Below are positions 9,307 through 19,280 of a stretch of 64,000 nucleotides of DNA, piece by piece. The notes beneath the pieces were generated by a model. The model did not search any database, was not told where the DNA came from, and saw nothing but the letters and a program-made list of their open reading frames with translations. Both the position numbers and the translations under genes were made by a program. Position 1 is the first letter of the stretch; every line of letters begins with the position of its first letter. Source of the DNA: Minisyncoccota bacterium (lineage in GTDB: Bacteria; Patescibacteriota; Minisyncoccia; Phycocordibacterales; CAJBRS01). Location: assembly GCA_035652395.1 (NCBI GenBank), contig DASRDX010000012.1, positions 96,778-160,777 of the forward strand, in the 5' to 3' direction.

Positions 9307-9837
9307 GTGTCCGGCCACAATAAATGGTCACAAATTAAACATCGAAAAGCTGCCACTGATGCCAAGAAAAGTCAGCTTTTTTCGAAGTTGGGGCGTTTAA
9401 TTACAGTGGAATCCAAAAAGGCGGCCGGCAAGACCAGCTCGCCCAGTTTGGCGGTAGCGATTGAGAAAGCTCGCAAAGAAAATATGCCCAAAGACGTAAT
9501 TGAGCGAGCGATTAAAAAAGGAACGGAAAGCAATACCGGTTCAATGGAAGCCATTACCTACGAAGCATATGGCCCGGGCGGATCAGCCATTATGATTGAA
9601 GTGCTCACTGACAATCGAAATAAATCAGCCCAAGAAATGAAATTTATTCTCTCTAAAAATGACTCTTCGCTTGCCGGCATTGGGGCCGCCAGCTGGGCTT
9701 TTGAAAGAAAAGATCGAGAATGGCTGCCAAAAACTACAGTTCAATTAGAGGATAGCGATTTGGAAAAACTAGAAAAGCTGGTGGATGAGCTTGAAAGTAA
9801 TGAAGATGTTCAGGCCGTTTTCACTAATGTAGAATAA
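9307..9837 (+). CDS. yebC: YebC/PmpR family protein (short form)
   Basis: MSGHNKWSQIKHRK, YEAYGPGG, TDNRN. Confidence 0.93.
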   Translation: MSGHNKWSQIKHRKAATDAKKSQLFSKLGRLITVESKKAAGKTSSPSLAVAIEKARKENMPKDVIERAIKKGTESNTGSMEAITYEAYGPGGSAIMIEVLTDNRNKSAQEMKFILSKNDSSLAGIGAASWAFERKDREWLPKTTVQLEDSDLEKLEKLVDELESNEDVQAVFTNVE

Positions 9838-9841
9838 TGAT

Positions 9842-10318
9842 ATGAAAATCTTGGCAGTTGATCCGGGGTATGAGCGATTGGGGGTAGCAATTATAAAGAA
9901 GAATCCCGGAGAAAAAGAGCGAGTTATTTATTCCAACTGTTTCAAAACTTCAGCCAAGCAACCCTTTGAAGAAAGGTTACTTTTAATTGGTCAGGAGATT
10001 AAAAGACTGATTAAGGAGTTTGAACCGGCGGCTTTGGCTATTGAAACTTTGTATTTCACCAATAATCAGAAGACTGCCATGCATGTCTCCGAGGTTCGGG
10101 GAGTAGTTACTTACGAAGCACTGTGTGCCAGCATGAAGTTATTTGAATACACCCCTCTTCAAATTAAAGTGGCGGTGACTGGCTACGGTGGCGGCGATAA
10201 AAAGCAGGTTATTTCCATGATCGAGAAGTTGGTGACTATCGATAAAAATATTGCTCACGACGACGAGTACGACGCCATTGCCGTCGGCTTGACTTACTTT
10301 GCCACAGCTCGTCTTTAG
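9842..10318 (+). CDS. ruvC: Holliday junction resolvase RuvC
   Basis: ILAVDPG, AIE, EYTPLQIK, DDEYDAIA. Confidence 0.95.
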   Translation: MKILAVDPGYERLGVAIIKKNPGEKERVIYSNCFKTSAKQPFEERLLLIGQEIKRLIKEFEPAALAIETLYFTNNQKTAMHVSEVRGVVTYEALCASMKLFEYTPLQIKVAVTGYGGGDKKQVISMIEKLVTIDKNIAHDDEYDAIAVGLTYFATARL

Positions 10319-10392
10319 GAGTAAGGTAAGTAAGTCTCTTCTCAAGCGTCTTAGATTGTAAGGCATTATTTATCAGTTAATCAATTATTAAC

Positions 10393-10656
10393 ATGGCAAC
10401 AATTGTAAACAACCCTCCTCCACAAAATAATGATGGGGGTAGCGGATTCGGTTCAGGTTTAATCATCGGTATTATTATCGTCGTTCTGATCATCTTCTTG
10501 ATCTTCTGGTTCGGAGTAAAAGGAAATAACAGCGCTCCAGCTCCCGCTACAGACACCAATAATGGCAGCACGGTGGTAGTACCGATCCCAACGTATCAGT
10601 CCACTACTAATTCATCTTCAACAACCGTTATTAACAACGGCAGCTCGACAAGATAA
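10393..10656 (+). CDS. small single-pass membrane protein with Ser/Thr/Asn-rich tail
   Basis: TM segment LIIGIIIVVLIIFLIFWFG; followed by a terminator hairpin. Confidence 0.75.
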   Translation: MATIVNNPPPQNNDGGSGFGSGLIIGIIIVVLIIFLIFWFGVKGNNSAPAPATDTNNGSTVVVPIPTYQSTTNSSSTTVINNGSSTR

Positions 10657-10664
10657 GGACTTAT

Positions 10665-10700
10665 AAAGAGGCCGCGCCCAAAGGGCGCGGCCTCTTTTAT
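10665..10700 (+). terminator. intrinsic terminator
   Basis: AAAGAGGCCGCGCCC-AAA-GGGCGCGGCCTCTTT followed by TAT. Confidence 0.75.
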
Positions 10701-10741
10701 TTCCTTGCTTTTTCCTTAAAAGCGATTAATATCGATTTTGG

Positions 10742-11131
10742 ATGAAAAAGGTCTTTATTGTGGAAGATTATAAAAACATTTTAAAAGGATGGGGTCTTAT
10801 CTGGGAGGCCGATGGCTATGACTTAGAGGTAATACCCGCTTTTACTCTTGAAGAGGCTAATTCCCTTTTAGATCAGGGGATTGACTTCGATCTTGCAGTG
10901 ATCGACGGCCATGTTGGCAAAAACCAACCTTACAACAGCGGAGGTTTGATTCGGCGAATTCGCGCTACGTACTCGGTTCCTATTCTTGCGACTTCCTCCG
11001 AGGTAAAAACGCGGGAACAAATGCAAAAAGATGGATGCAGCGAGGTGGTGGATAAAATGGTTAATATGGCGGTGGTGAACAAGGTGGTGGAAATCCTGGG
11101 ATTAAAGCCGTCGCAACCGTTTCCTGTCTAG
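10742..11131 (+). CDS. stand-alone response regulator receiver protein
   Basis: KVFIVED, FDLAVIDG (phospho-acceptor Asp), PILATSS, VVDK. Confidence 0.8.
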   Translation: MKKVFIVEDYKNILKGWGLIWEADGYDLEVIPAFTLEEANSLLDQGIDFDLAVIDGHVGKNQPYNSGGLIRRIRATYSVPILATSSEVKTREQMQKDGCSEVVDKMVNMAVVNKVVEILGLKPSQPFPV

Positions 11132-11279
11132 GGGGCGGTTTTTTATTGTGTACTTTTTGTAAAGATTTAAAAGGCCTATTTTAAAGGGTTTTTGAGCTAT
11201 CCACAGGCCCTTGACAAAACCCTTGATTTTTAAGTTGAGCATGTTACAAATATGGCATTAGTAGCTAGATCATTGCTAA

Positions 11280-11435
11280 ATGTATAGTGAAGATTTTCAA
11301 GCCGACGCAATGGATCAAGAAGAGGTAGTAGAAGACGACAACCTTGATCTGGAAAGCTCGGAATTTGAAGATGAAGAGAATGCTTATCTCGTCAACGACG
11401 AGGAGCTAGACGAAGGATTTCAGTTCCAAGGTTAA
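11280..11435 (+). CDS. 51-aa hyperacidic microprotein (below ORF-track cut-off)
   Basis: MYSEDFQADAMDQEEVVEDDNLDLESSEFEDEENAYLVNDEELDEGFQFQG*; followed by a long hairpin. Confidence 0.65.
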   Translation: MYSEDFQADAMDQEEVVEDDNLDLESSEFEDEENAYLVNDEELDEGFQFQG

Positions 11436-11442
11436 GAAAAAT

Positions 11443-11500
11443 AATCCGCCCCGAATGCTGGATTTGGCGCAAGCCGAGTCCAGCATTCGGGGCGGATTTT
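11443..11500 (+). terminator. 26-bp GCAA-capped hairpin between convergent genes
   Basis: AATCCGCCCCGAATGCTGGATTTGGC-GCAA-GCCGAGTCCAGCATTCGGGGCGGATT; G-U pairs fit the + strand. Confidence 0.75.
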
Positions 11501-11507
11501 GCGTTTA

Positions 11508-12695
11508 TTAGATCTCCAGTTTAATAAATCTTTTCTTGCCGATTTTTAGAGAGAGCGGCTCTTCGATTTGAAAATTTCTATCGGTAATTTTGGCCCCGCC
11601 CACTACGGAGATCGCTCCCTCATTAATAAGACGAGTAAATTCAGTTTTTGATTTGATAATTTTTTGCTCAAGAAGAATTTCTCCCAGATTGGCGCCCTTT
11701 TTTATTTTAAAAGCTTCAATGTGATCCGGAATTTCGCCTTTTTGAAAGGCGGCCGAAAAAGCTAAGACCGCTTTTTCGGCCGCCTCTTCGCCATGATAAA
11801 TTTTGACGATCTCCATGGCTAATTTTTCTTTCAAATCGCGAGGATTCGTTCCCTCTTTCAACATGTTTTTAATTTTTTCCACATCAGCCTCTGAAAAATC
11901 AGTGCATAATTCAAAACCGACAACAATCATCTCGTCCGTCCAGCTCATTACTTTGCCAAACATTTCATTCGGCCCATCATCAAGACGCACCATATTTCCC
12001 TCGCTCTTTCCCATCTTCTTGCCGGTTGAGTCCACTAAAAGTTTCATGGCGATAACAATTTTTTCCTGATTCTTAATCTGCTTCAGCAATTGTCGTCCGA
12101 CAAGCATATTAAAAGTCTGATCATTTCCTCCGAGCTCGCCGTCAACTTCCAAAGCGACGCTGTCGTAACCTTGGAGAAGCGGGTACAAAAATTCATGAAT
12201 AAAAATTGGCCGCTCATTTTTCATCCTTTCCTCAAACATGTCTCGTTTCAGCATCTGCTCTACTGTCATGTGGGCGGCCAAATCCAGCAATTGAATCATG
12301 CTCATTTTACTAAGCCAATCCGAGTTGTAGCGAATTTCGGCCGGATTTTCGCCCTCAAAATTCAGGAAAACAGCGGCTTGATTTTGATAATTTTTGGCGT
12401 TTTCGGTGATTTCTTTGGCGCTAAGTGGCTTTCTGATGATGTCCTTCCCTGTGGGATCTCCAATCATGGCGGTAAAATCTCCTACTACTAAAATAATTTT
12501 ATGCCCAAGTTTTTGAAGTTCGGCCAATTTCCTTAAGTTAATAGCGTGCCCTAAATGCAAAGACGGACCGGTCGGATCAATTCCTAAATAAAATTTTTGT
12601 TTTTTGTGCTGGAGAATTTTTTGAGCCATCTCTTTATTGGGGAAAATATTTTCCACCCCGCGCTTCAAAATTTCGTCCAGATTGCTTTCTTTCAT
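11508..12695 (-). CDS. tyrS: tyrosine--tRNA ligase
   Basis: GIDPT, HLGH, YPLLQGYD, GGNDQ, KMGKS, C-terminal S4-like domain. Confidence 0.97.
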   Translation of the reverse strand: MKESNLDEILKRGVENIFPNKEMAQKILQHKKQKFYLGIDPTGPSLHLGHAINLRKLAELQKLGHKIILVVGDFTAMIGDPTGKDIIRKPLSAKEITENAKNYQNQAAVFLNFEGENPAEIRYNSDWLSKMSMIQLLDLAAHMTVEQMLKRDMFEERMKNERPIFIHEFLYPLLQGYDSVALEVDGELGGNDQTFNMLVGRQLLKQIKNQEKIVIAMKLLVDSTGKKMGKSEGNMVRLDDGPNEMFGKVMSWTDEMIVVGFELCTDFSEADVEKIKNMLKEGTNPRDLKEKLAMEIVKIYHGEEAAEKAVLAFSAAFQKGEIPDHIEAFKIKKGANLGEILLEQKIIKSKTEFTRLINEGAISVVGGAKITDRNFQIEEPLSLKIGKKRFIKLEI

Positions 12696-12768
12696 ACTCA
12701 TAAATGTAGCATAGGCCTCATTTTTTTGGTATTTTTCCCTCTTTCAATGTGCTACCATAGATTGGTAA

Positions 12769-15462
12769 ATGCTACGACGTTTATTTAAGTCCCTCATTGA
12801 TGAGGTTGATTACTTGGCCAATACTTTTGGCTGGATTCTGCGCCACCTTCAAAGCTGGCGCGGCGCTAAATTGGTGTTTCGCACCCTGCTTGCCTATTTT
12901 GTCACCTCCATGATTCTTTTCTGGCGTGGAGTAATCTGGTATTTCAGAGCTTTGCGCAATCCTCGGCGTCGCGGTCGTCTAATCAGAGAAACTATTGCCA
13001 TTCTTATTGTCCTTTTTTTATTTTTTGTCGGCACCACCTTGCTTTGGGCAGCCAGTTTGCAAATTCCCGATCTTAATTCTTTTGACCATCGCCTGATCAG
13101 CCAATCAACTAAAATTTACGACCGCACTGGAAATGTCTTGCTTTATGATTTGGGTGGCGAGGTGCGCCGAACCGTCGTGCCCTTTGATCAAATTTCCCCG
13201 AACATTAAAAATGCCTCGCTGGCTATTGAAGACGCGGGGTTCTACCAGCATGGCGCCATAAAAACCTCCTCAATTATTCGAGCTTTGCTTTATGATCTTA
13301 CTCATTTCACCACCACTCAAGGCGGATCTACCATTACTCAGCAGGTAATTAAAAATTCTCTTCTAAATAACAGTAAAAGTCCTACCAGAAAACTCAAGGA
13401 GTGGATTTTAGCAATTAAGCTGGAGGAGCAGGCCGACAAGGATACTATTCTTAATCTTTATTTAAATATCATTCCCTATGGAGGCAATATTTACGGAGTG
13501 GAAGAAGCTAGTGAGGCCTATTTCGGTGTTCATGCCATTGATTTAACTTTGGCCCAATCGGCTTATTTGGCCGCCATGGTTCAGGCTCCAAGTTATTACT
13601 CTCCTTATGGCGCCCATCGTGACGCGCTCGAGAATCGCAAAAATTTAGTTCTCAGTAAGATGAAAGAAAATGGATTTATTACCGAGGATCAATACAATCA
13701 AGCCCTGGCGGAAAAAATTGCTTTTGTTTCTCAACCTATTAACAGCATAAAAGCTCCGCACTTCTCGATGTATATTGTTCAGTATCTTGAAGATAAGTAT
13801 GGTGAGGATGTGGTTCAGAACGACGGATTGAAAGTTACTACTACACTTGATTACACCGTCCAGCAAAAAGCTGAAGATATTGTCAAAACTTATGTCGACA
13901 CTAATGGGAAAAAGTTTAAAGCTAGTAACGCAGCGTTAGTGGCGGCTGATCCAAAAACCGGTCAGATTTTAGCCATGGTCGGCTCGCGAGATTATTTCAG
14001 CAAAGAAATTGACGGCAATTTTAATGTGGCTACTGCCCATCGCCAGCCGGGATCTTCTTTTAAACCTTTCGTCTACGCCACCGCTTTTAATAAAGGTTAC
14101 ACTCCCGACACTATTCTTTTCGATGTGGATACAGAGTTCAATGCCAACTGTACGCCGGACCACATTCCAACTAATTCTGGAACTACCTGTTATGATCCGC
14201 AAAATTATGAAGGCGGATATCAAGGACCGATGACAATTAGAGCCGCTCTCGGTCAGTCGAGAAACATTCCGGGAGTGAAAGCTTTATATCTGGCGGGAAT
14301 TCAGGCTTCTCTCGATACCGCCCACGCTATGGGTATTCAGAGCCTCAACGCCGGTCCAGCCATTTACGGACTGACCTTAGTACTTGGAGGCGGCGAAGTT
14401 TCTCCCCTGGACATGGCCGAAGCTTATGGAGTTTTCGCCAACAACGGAGCGAAAAATCCGGCCACTGGAATTCTAAGTGTGGTGGATCGTGACGGAAAGG
14501 TTTTGGAACAATACGCCACCGACACGCCGGAGCAGGTTATTCCGGAGCAAACCGCTGAAGAAATGAATGATATTTTATCGGATAATAATGCTCGCGCTCC
14601 GATTTTTGGTTCGCATTATTTTGGCAGCCAGCGCGTGGCCATGAAAACTGGTACGACAAATAATTCGCGTGACGCTTGGATTATCGGCTACACTCCTGAT
14701 ATTTCGGTTAGCGCTTGGATGGGAAACAATGACAACACACCGATGGCCCAACAAGCGGCTGCCACAATTGTGGCACCAATGTGGAAAAAGTTTATGGATG
14801 CTGTTTTGCCTCAATATTCGGCAGATGAATTTAAACCACCAGCCCCTATTGATGAATCAAATATGAAGCCGGTGTTGCGTGGAGTTTGGCAGGGTAATGT
14901 TGCTTACACGCTTGATAAAAGTACGGGATTACTGGCCACGCCAGATACTCCACCAGAGATGCGGCAGGACGTTTATGATAATAATGTTCATGAAATTCTT
15001 TATTACGTGAATAAGAATGATCCGCAAGGTCCGCCGCCTACGAATCCGGCGGCGGACCCCCAATTCGCCAACTGGGAGGCTGGCGTTTCCCGTTGGGCTG
15101 CCACCGCCGGTTACACTAGCAGCACAACCCCTTCTTCAACCGCCCCCACCGGCTTTGATAATGTTCACACTCAGGCGGCCGCTCCCAAAATTTCCATCAC
15201 CAATCCGGGAAATGGGTCTACTTATCCAAAAGATCAAAGGATTACTATTTCTATCAGCAGCCAAGGCTCCTTCCCCCTTTCTAAAGTTGATTACTACATT
15301 AACGGCAGCTATATTGGCACGGCCGATAAAAGTCCGTTCTTTTTCTCCTTTGTGCCGGCAGATGTTCAAAATATTGCCGCCCACAACGAATTGAGAGCGG
15401 TGGCCTACGACAATGTTTTAAATAAAGGAGAGGCTGTAAGTAATTTCGATGTCAGTCCCTAG
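12769..15462 (+). CDS. class A penicillin-binding protein (PBP1A-type) with C-terminal Ig-like domain
   Basis: GT51 motifs ED..FYQH, GGSTITQQ, RKLKE; transpeptidase SSFK, SRN, KTGT. Confidence 0.93.
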   Translation: MLRRLFKSLIDEVDYLANTFGWILRHLQSWRGAKLVFRTLLAYFVTSMILFWRGVIWYFRALRNPRRRGRLIRETIAILIVLFLFFVGTTLLWAASLQIPDLNSFDHRLISQSTKIYDRTGNVLLYDLGGEVRRTVVPFDQISPNIKNASLAIEDAGFYQHGAIKTSSIIRALLYDLTHFTTTQGGSTITQQVIKNSLLNNSKSPTRKLKEWILAIKLEEQADKDTILNLYLNIIPYGGNIYGVEEASEAYFGVHAIDLTLAQSAYLAAMVQAPSYYSPYGAHRDALENRKNLVLSKMKENGFITEDQYNQALAEKIAFVSQPINSIKAPHFSMYIVQYLEDKYGEDVVQNDGLKVTTTLDYTVQQKAEDIVKTYVDTNGKKFKASNAALVAADPKTGQILAMVGSRDYFSKEIDGNFNVATAHRQPGSSFKPFVYATAFNKGYTPDTILFDVDTEFNANCTPDHIPTNSGTTCYDPQNYEGGYQGPMTIRAALGQSRNIPGVKALYLAGIQASLDTAHAMGIQSLNAGPAIYGLTLVLGGGEVSPLDMAEAYGVFANNGAKNPATGILSVVDRDGKVLEQYATDTPEQVIPEQTAEEMNDILSDNNARAPIFGSHYFGSQRVAMKTGTTNNSRDAWIIGYTPDISVSAWMGNNDNTPMAQQAAATIVAPMWKKFMDAVLPQYSADEFKPPAPIDESNMKPVLRGVWQGNVAYTLDKSTGLLATPDTPPEMRQDVYDNNVHEILYYVNKNDPQGPPPTNPAADPQFANWEAGVSRWAATAGYTSSTTPSSTAPTGFDNVHTQAAAPKISITNPGNGSTYPKDQRITISISSQGSFPLSKVDYYINGSYIGTADKSPFFFSFVPADVQNIAAHNELRAVAYDNVLNKGEAVSNFDVSP

Positions 15463-15713
15463 TGGAGATTTTCAAATTTAATTCCGGAAATCTCTTTTGA
15501 TATTCGTTCTAGTATAGTTTGCCGCTTCAATAAAATTTCTGTTTTGGCCACGCCTCCTAATTTTATAAAAAGAGAATTACCCTGAATAATTACTTGTTCT
15601 TTAGAAAGAGTTGCCCCTGTTTCCTGTTGGATAATCTGGCTGATCTGTTCTTTTTTGGCGTCAGGACGCTCAAGATTTCTGAATTTAGAAAGAAAATCGG
15701 AAATGCTTTTCAT
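15459..15713 (-). CDS. DciA/DUF721-like small protein
   Basis: 84 aa directly downstream of dnaN; LFIK...KTEILLKRQTILERI pattern. Confidence 0.55.
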   Translation of the reverse strand: MKSISDFLSKFRNLERPDAKKEQISQIIQQETGATLSKEQVIIQGNSLFIKLGGVAKTEILLKRQTILERISKEISGIKFENLH

Positions 15714-15748
15714 TTTAGGGGTCGCGGCCGCCTTTGGCGGCCGCGCTC

Positions 15749-16852
15749 TTACTTATTCATCGGACTAACTAAATAGAGAAATGATCGATCGTTTACTCCC
15801 CGAATTAATAGGGGTTTATTTGGCCCGCTGAAAGTTAGCTGAACACTGTCGGCGTCAATAGACTGAAAGCAGTCATTAATGTATTTATAATTAAAACTAA
15901 TCTCTAAATCTTCTCCCTTAAGAGCGGCTTCCAGTTTGTCCTGACTTTCCCCCACCTCACCATTTCGACTACTTAATTCAAAAAGTTTGTTTTTGGGGGA
16001 CAAAGACAGACTAATCTGATTAAAGTTGTTGGAAAATATATTGGCAATCTTTAAAGCGTTAATTAAATCCTGTTTTAGAATTACCGCTTCGGAGGTCGAT
16101 TCTTTTGGAATAATTTGTTTGTAGTCTGGGAAAATTCCATCCACCACTCGGGAAAATAATCTTATACCGGGAAGTTCGAAAGAAAGTTGATTTTTATTGA
16201 GCGATAATTCCACCTGGGCTTCACCTGTTTGCTCCAAGACGCGCACAATTTCCGGAATGTTTTTAAAAGGAATCAAAATTTGCGAAAAATCTTTTTTGTT
16301 TTTTATTTTTAGTCGCTTTTCGGCCAACCTAAATGAGTCTGTGGCCACAAACACCACCTCATCATGATCTGGGTAAATAAAAACACTAGAAAGCTCTGGC
16401 TTCATGCTGGAAACAGAGGCACTATACCAAACGGATTTAAATCCGCGGATTAAATCCTTGGTGTTAAAAGTGATTTTTTGTCCGTTTTCTACTTTTGGAA
16501 TGGAGGGAAAATCTTGGTGTGGAACAGCTTTAATTAGGGTCTGGTGTCGCCTGGTAGAAACTTTTAAATTTCCTTCTTTTGTTTCAAAGCGAATATTTTT
16601 GTCCTCTAAAGAACTGTTTATGAAATTATTTAGGACGCTCCCAGGCACAGCCACTTCCCCTTTTTCCTCGGTCTTTACCGGCACCTCCAGCTCAATTCCG
16701 ATGTCTAAATTAGTGGCTTTAATTATTAGGTTGTTGGTTTCCGCCACGAAAAGAACACATTTCAAAACCGGCAAAGTGGCGCTTTTCGCAGTAATTTTTT
16801 CAGCTAAAGATATAGCTGTGCTTAATTTTTCTTTCAATCCTTCTAATTTCAT
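15749..16852 (-). CDS. dnaN: DNA polymerase III beta clamp
   Basis: ATNLDIG, VATDSFRLA, FPDYKQIIP, YLVSPM. Confidence 0.97.
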   Translation of the reverse strand: MKLEGLKEKLSTAISLAEKITAKSATLPVLKCVLFVAETNNLIIKATNLDIGIELEVPVKTEEKGEVAVPGSVLNNFINSSLEDKNIRFETKEGNLKVSTRRHQTLIKAVPHQDFPSIPKVENGQKITFNTKDLIRGFKSVWYSASVSSMKPELSSVFIYPDHDEVVFVATDSFRLAEKRLKIKNKKDFSQILIPFKNIPEIVRVLEQTGEAQVELSLNKNQLSFELPGIRLFSRVVDGIFPDYKQIIPKESTSEAVILKQDLINALKIANIFSNNFNQISLSLSPKNKLFELSSRNGEVGESQDKLEAALKGEDLEISFNYKYINDCFQSIDADSVQLTFSGPNKPLLIRGVNDRSFLYLVSPMNK

Positions 16853-16859
16853 ATTGTTA

Positions 16860-17080
16860 ACAAGTATTAATATTTCTCTTTATAAAATTTATTATTGCTA
16901 TTATGGGTGTGGATTTGTGTATAACTTTTTTAAACCATAATTTAGAACACCTTTTTCAATTCCTTTAATTTTTTATTGGGGATAATTGAATTATACAATC
17001 TTCCAATATTTAACCTTTTATAAGTTTATGTTGTTTTCCCTAAAATTCTCCCCACCAGCACAACTACTTTCCCCATCCTT
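16860..17080. other. oriC unwinding region (dnaA-dnaN intergenic)
   Basis: Tandem DnaA boxes TGTGGATTT (16908) and TGTGTATAA (16916); on the minus strand followed by CCC, trio-like TAA TAG CAA TAA TAA and an AT-rich tract. Confidence 0.75.
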
Positions 17081-17087
17081 TACCTCC

Positions 17088-18419
17088 CTATATCAACGCC
17101 CTAATCTGATTTAGCTCCTGGGCCAGTAAATTATCCACCTTCAACTCATTTTTTATTTTCTCACAGGAATGAATAACAGTGGTGTGGTCGCGGCCACCCA
17201 ATTTTTGACCAATGGTCGGATAAGAGACGTTAAAATCTTCCCGCAAAATATACATTGATAACTGTCTTGGCCGAACCACTTCTTTCCGCCGAGTCTTGTC
17301 GTAAATACTATCCTCCTCCACATTATAAAAGCCAGCCACAATCTTAATAACGTCTTTCACCGAAACATTTTTAGTCGGTTTGGCACTGTTTTTAATGAGA
17401 GTTTTGATTTCCAGAAGATTTAATTCCCGCCCACGGACCTCGGACTGATGAATGAGGCTGTTTAAAATTCCTTCAAGCTCACGAATGTTTCCTTGAATGG
17501 AAGTGGCTAAATACTGCGAAACCTCCTGCGAAAGACTGAAATTGTGAGCCCGACTTTTAGTTTCCAGGATAGCTACTCGCGACTCGTGATCGGGCGGAGG
17601 AATATCAACAATCATACCGGCCACAAACCGAGACTTTAAACGCTCTTCCAGGTTCGGAATAAAATTAGGATGAATATCGGAGGAGAAAATAATCTGTTTG
17701 TTGTTGTCATGAAGGTGGTTAAATAAATGAAATAACTCTTCCTGACACTTGTCTTTGTTGGAAATAAACTGGATATCGTCCATGATCAGGACATCGTATT
17801 TTCGGTATTTGTCCTTAAAATTGTTCATTTTATTGGTCTGGATGTGGTTGACGACGTCTTGAGCGAATTTTTCAGAAGTAATGTAGTAAATTTTTTTGTT
17901 ACTCTGAATTTTCAAGTGATTGCCAATAGCCTGCATCAAATGAGTTTTACCGAGGCCGGTATTTCCATAAATGAAAAGCGGATTGTAAGCGATAGGTTTT
18001 TTAATAATGGCCTGGGCGGCAGCGTACGCCAATTCATTAAACGGACCGACTACAAAAGAATCAAAAGTGTAACGCGGGTTAAGATTATCTTCTTTGTTGA
18101 TATAAAGATCTGAAAAAGGCAGCTCTTTAGTCGGTTGCGGCGCAAAAGAAGCTTCCTGTTTAGGAGCGGTGGTTGAAGTAATGGTGTATTCGAGCGAGCG
18201 GATATTTTCTTGGAGCGAGCGGAGAATCCTTAAAATATTTTTATGGAATTTATTGACTAACCAGTCTTTAACAAAAGCGCTAGGGACGGCTAAAGTTACC
18301 ACCCCGTCTTCTTGTTTAAGAATATAGGTGGGTTTAAACCAGATGTTAAAGTTTCCTTTTGATACCGAAAGCTCAATTTCAGCCAGCACCTTGTCCCAAA
18401 GTTTCTTGTTATCTAACAT
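17088..18419 (-). CDS. dnaA: chromosomal replication initiator DnaA
   Basis: YNPLFIYGNTGLGKTHL, DDIQF, NIRELEG, GGRDHTTV. Confidence 0.98.
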   Translation of the reverse strand: MLDNKKLWDKVLAEIELSVSKGNFNIWFKPTYILKQEDGVVTLAVPSAFVKDWLVNKFHKNILRILRSLQENIRSLEYTITSTTAPKQEASFAPQPTKELPFSDLYINKEDNLNPRYTFDSFVVGPFNELAYAAAQAIIKKPIAYNPLFIYGNTGLGKTHLMQAIGNHLKIQSNKKIYYITSEKFAQDVVNHIQTNKMNNFKDKYRKYDVLIMDDIQFISNKDKCQEELFHLFNHLHDNNKQIIFSSDIHPNFIPNLEERLKSRFVAGMIVDIPPPDHESRVAILETKSRAHNFSLSQEVSQYLATSIQGNIRELEGILNSLIHQSEVRGRELNLLEIKTLIKNSAKPTKNVSVKDVIKIVAGFYNVEEDSIYDKTRRKEVVRPRQLSMYILREDFNVSYPTIGQKLGGRDHTTVIHSCEKIKNELKVDNLLAQELNQIRALI

Positions 18420-18485
18420 AGTTTAAACACCAGATAAAGATTTAATAAATTTTTCTCATTATAGCCCTCTCTCCAAAATAGCAAT

Positions 18486-18527
18486 CTTGTGAACAGTTTA
18501 TAAGTGTGTTGATAAATTGTGGATAGT
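18486..18527. promoter_or_regulatory. DnaA-box cluster upstream of dnaA
   Basis: TGTGAACAG, TGTTGATAA, TGTGGATAG. Confidence 0.6.
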
Positions 18528-18732
18528 GGAGCCGACAGAGTTTTTGGCAGACTGTCAAACCAGCCACTTTTTGAATTTTAATTGTATAGCAAGAAACACT
18601 AATAAATTTTTGTATTCGAAATATTCAGAGAATACAAGAAGTTTTAACTTTACGGTAAAGAGTCAGCAAGCTCCGACATTCGAACAAAGAGATTTTTTTG
18701 GCACAGAGCTAATTTTGAGCTATACTACTTCC

Positions 18733-18867
18733 ATGTCACGAACTTATCAACCGAAAAAGCGAAAAAGAGCTAAAACTCATGGTTTTTTGGTCAGGAATCG
18801 AACGAAAGGCGGGCGCAAAACCGTTAAAAGACGACGCCAGAAAGGCAGACGACGACTAACTGTTTAA
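18733..18867 (+). CDS. rpmH: 50S ribosomal protein L34
   Basis: [18 protein letters not shown]...KGRRRLTV. Confidence 0.97.
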   Translation: MSRTYQPKKRKRAKTHGFLVRNRTKGGRKTVKRRRQKGRRRLTV

Positions 18868-18922
18868 ATAACCCATCTCCTAAATCTCCTAGATTTTTAG
18901 AGGACTCTACCTCTAATCTATT

Positions 18923-19246
18923 ATGACTAAAATACAGCGCACCAGCCGCGAACTCTTCAAGAGAGTGATGAAAAAAGGGCGAGGACGAAACTCAAAACAC
19001 CTATCTTTAAAATTTTTACCCCTTCAGGCTGATGAAAAAAGTTTTGTCGCCGTAGTTTCCAAAAAAAATTATAAAAGAGCGGTGGATCGTAATAAATTGA
19101 AGCGCCGGGCGCGGGCCATTTTCCGGAAATTAGAGGAAAATGCCGCGCCCGGCTCCTACATTCTTTTTTTAAAATCCAAATCCCTCCTCCTCACTTATCA
19201 AGAGCTTGAAAAAGAAGTGGCCGATTTAATCGGAATTAATAAATAA
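18923..19246 (+). CDS. rnpA: RNase P protein component
   Basis: VVSKK...AVDRNKLKRR; position after rpmH. Confidence 0.93.
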   Translation: MTKIQRTSRELFKRVMKKGRGRNSKHLSLKFLPLQADEKSFVAVVSKKNYKRAVDRNKLKRRARAIFRKLEENAAPGSYILFLKSKSLLLTYQELEKEVADLIGINK

Positions 19247-19280
19247 GATAGGCTCGTGGCATTCATGTTACTATAATTAA

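Noticed and set aside
18517-18732. N-terminal extension of L34 in the ORF track
   Set aside because: L34 begins at ATG 18733, right after TATACT; the extension crosses DnaA boxes and promoter DNA
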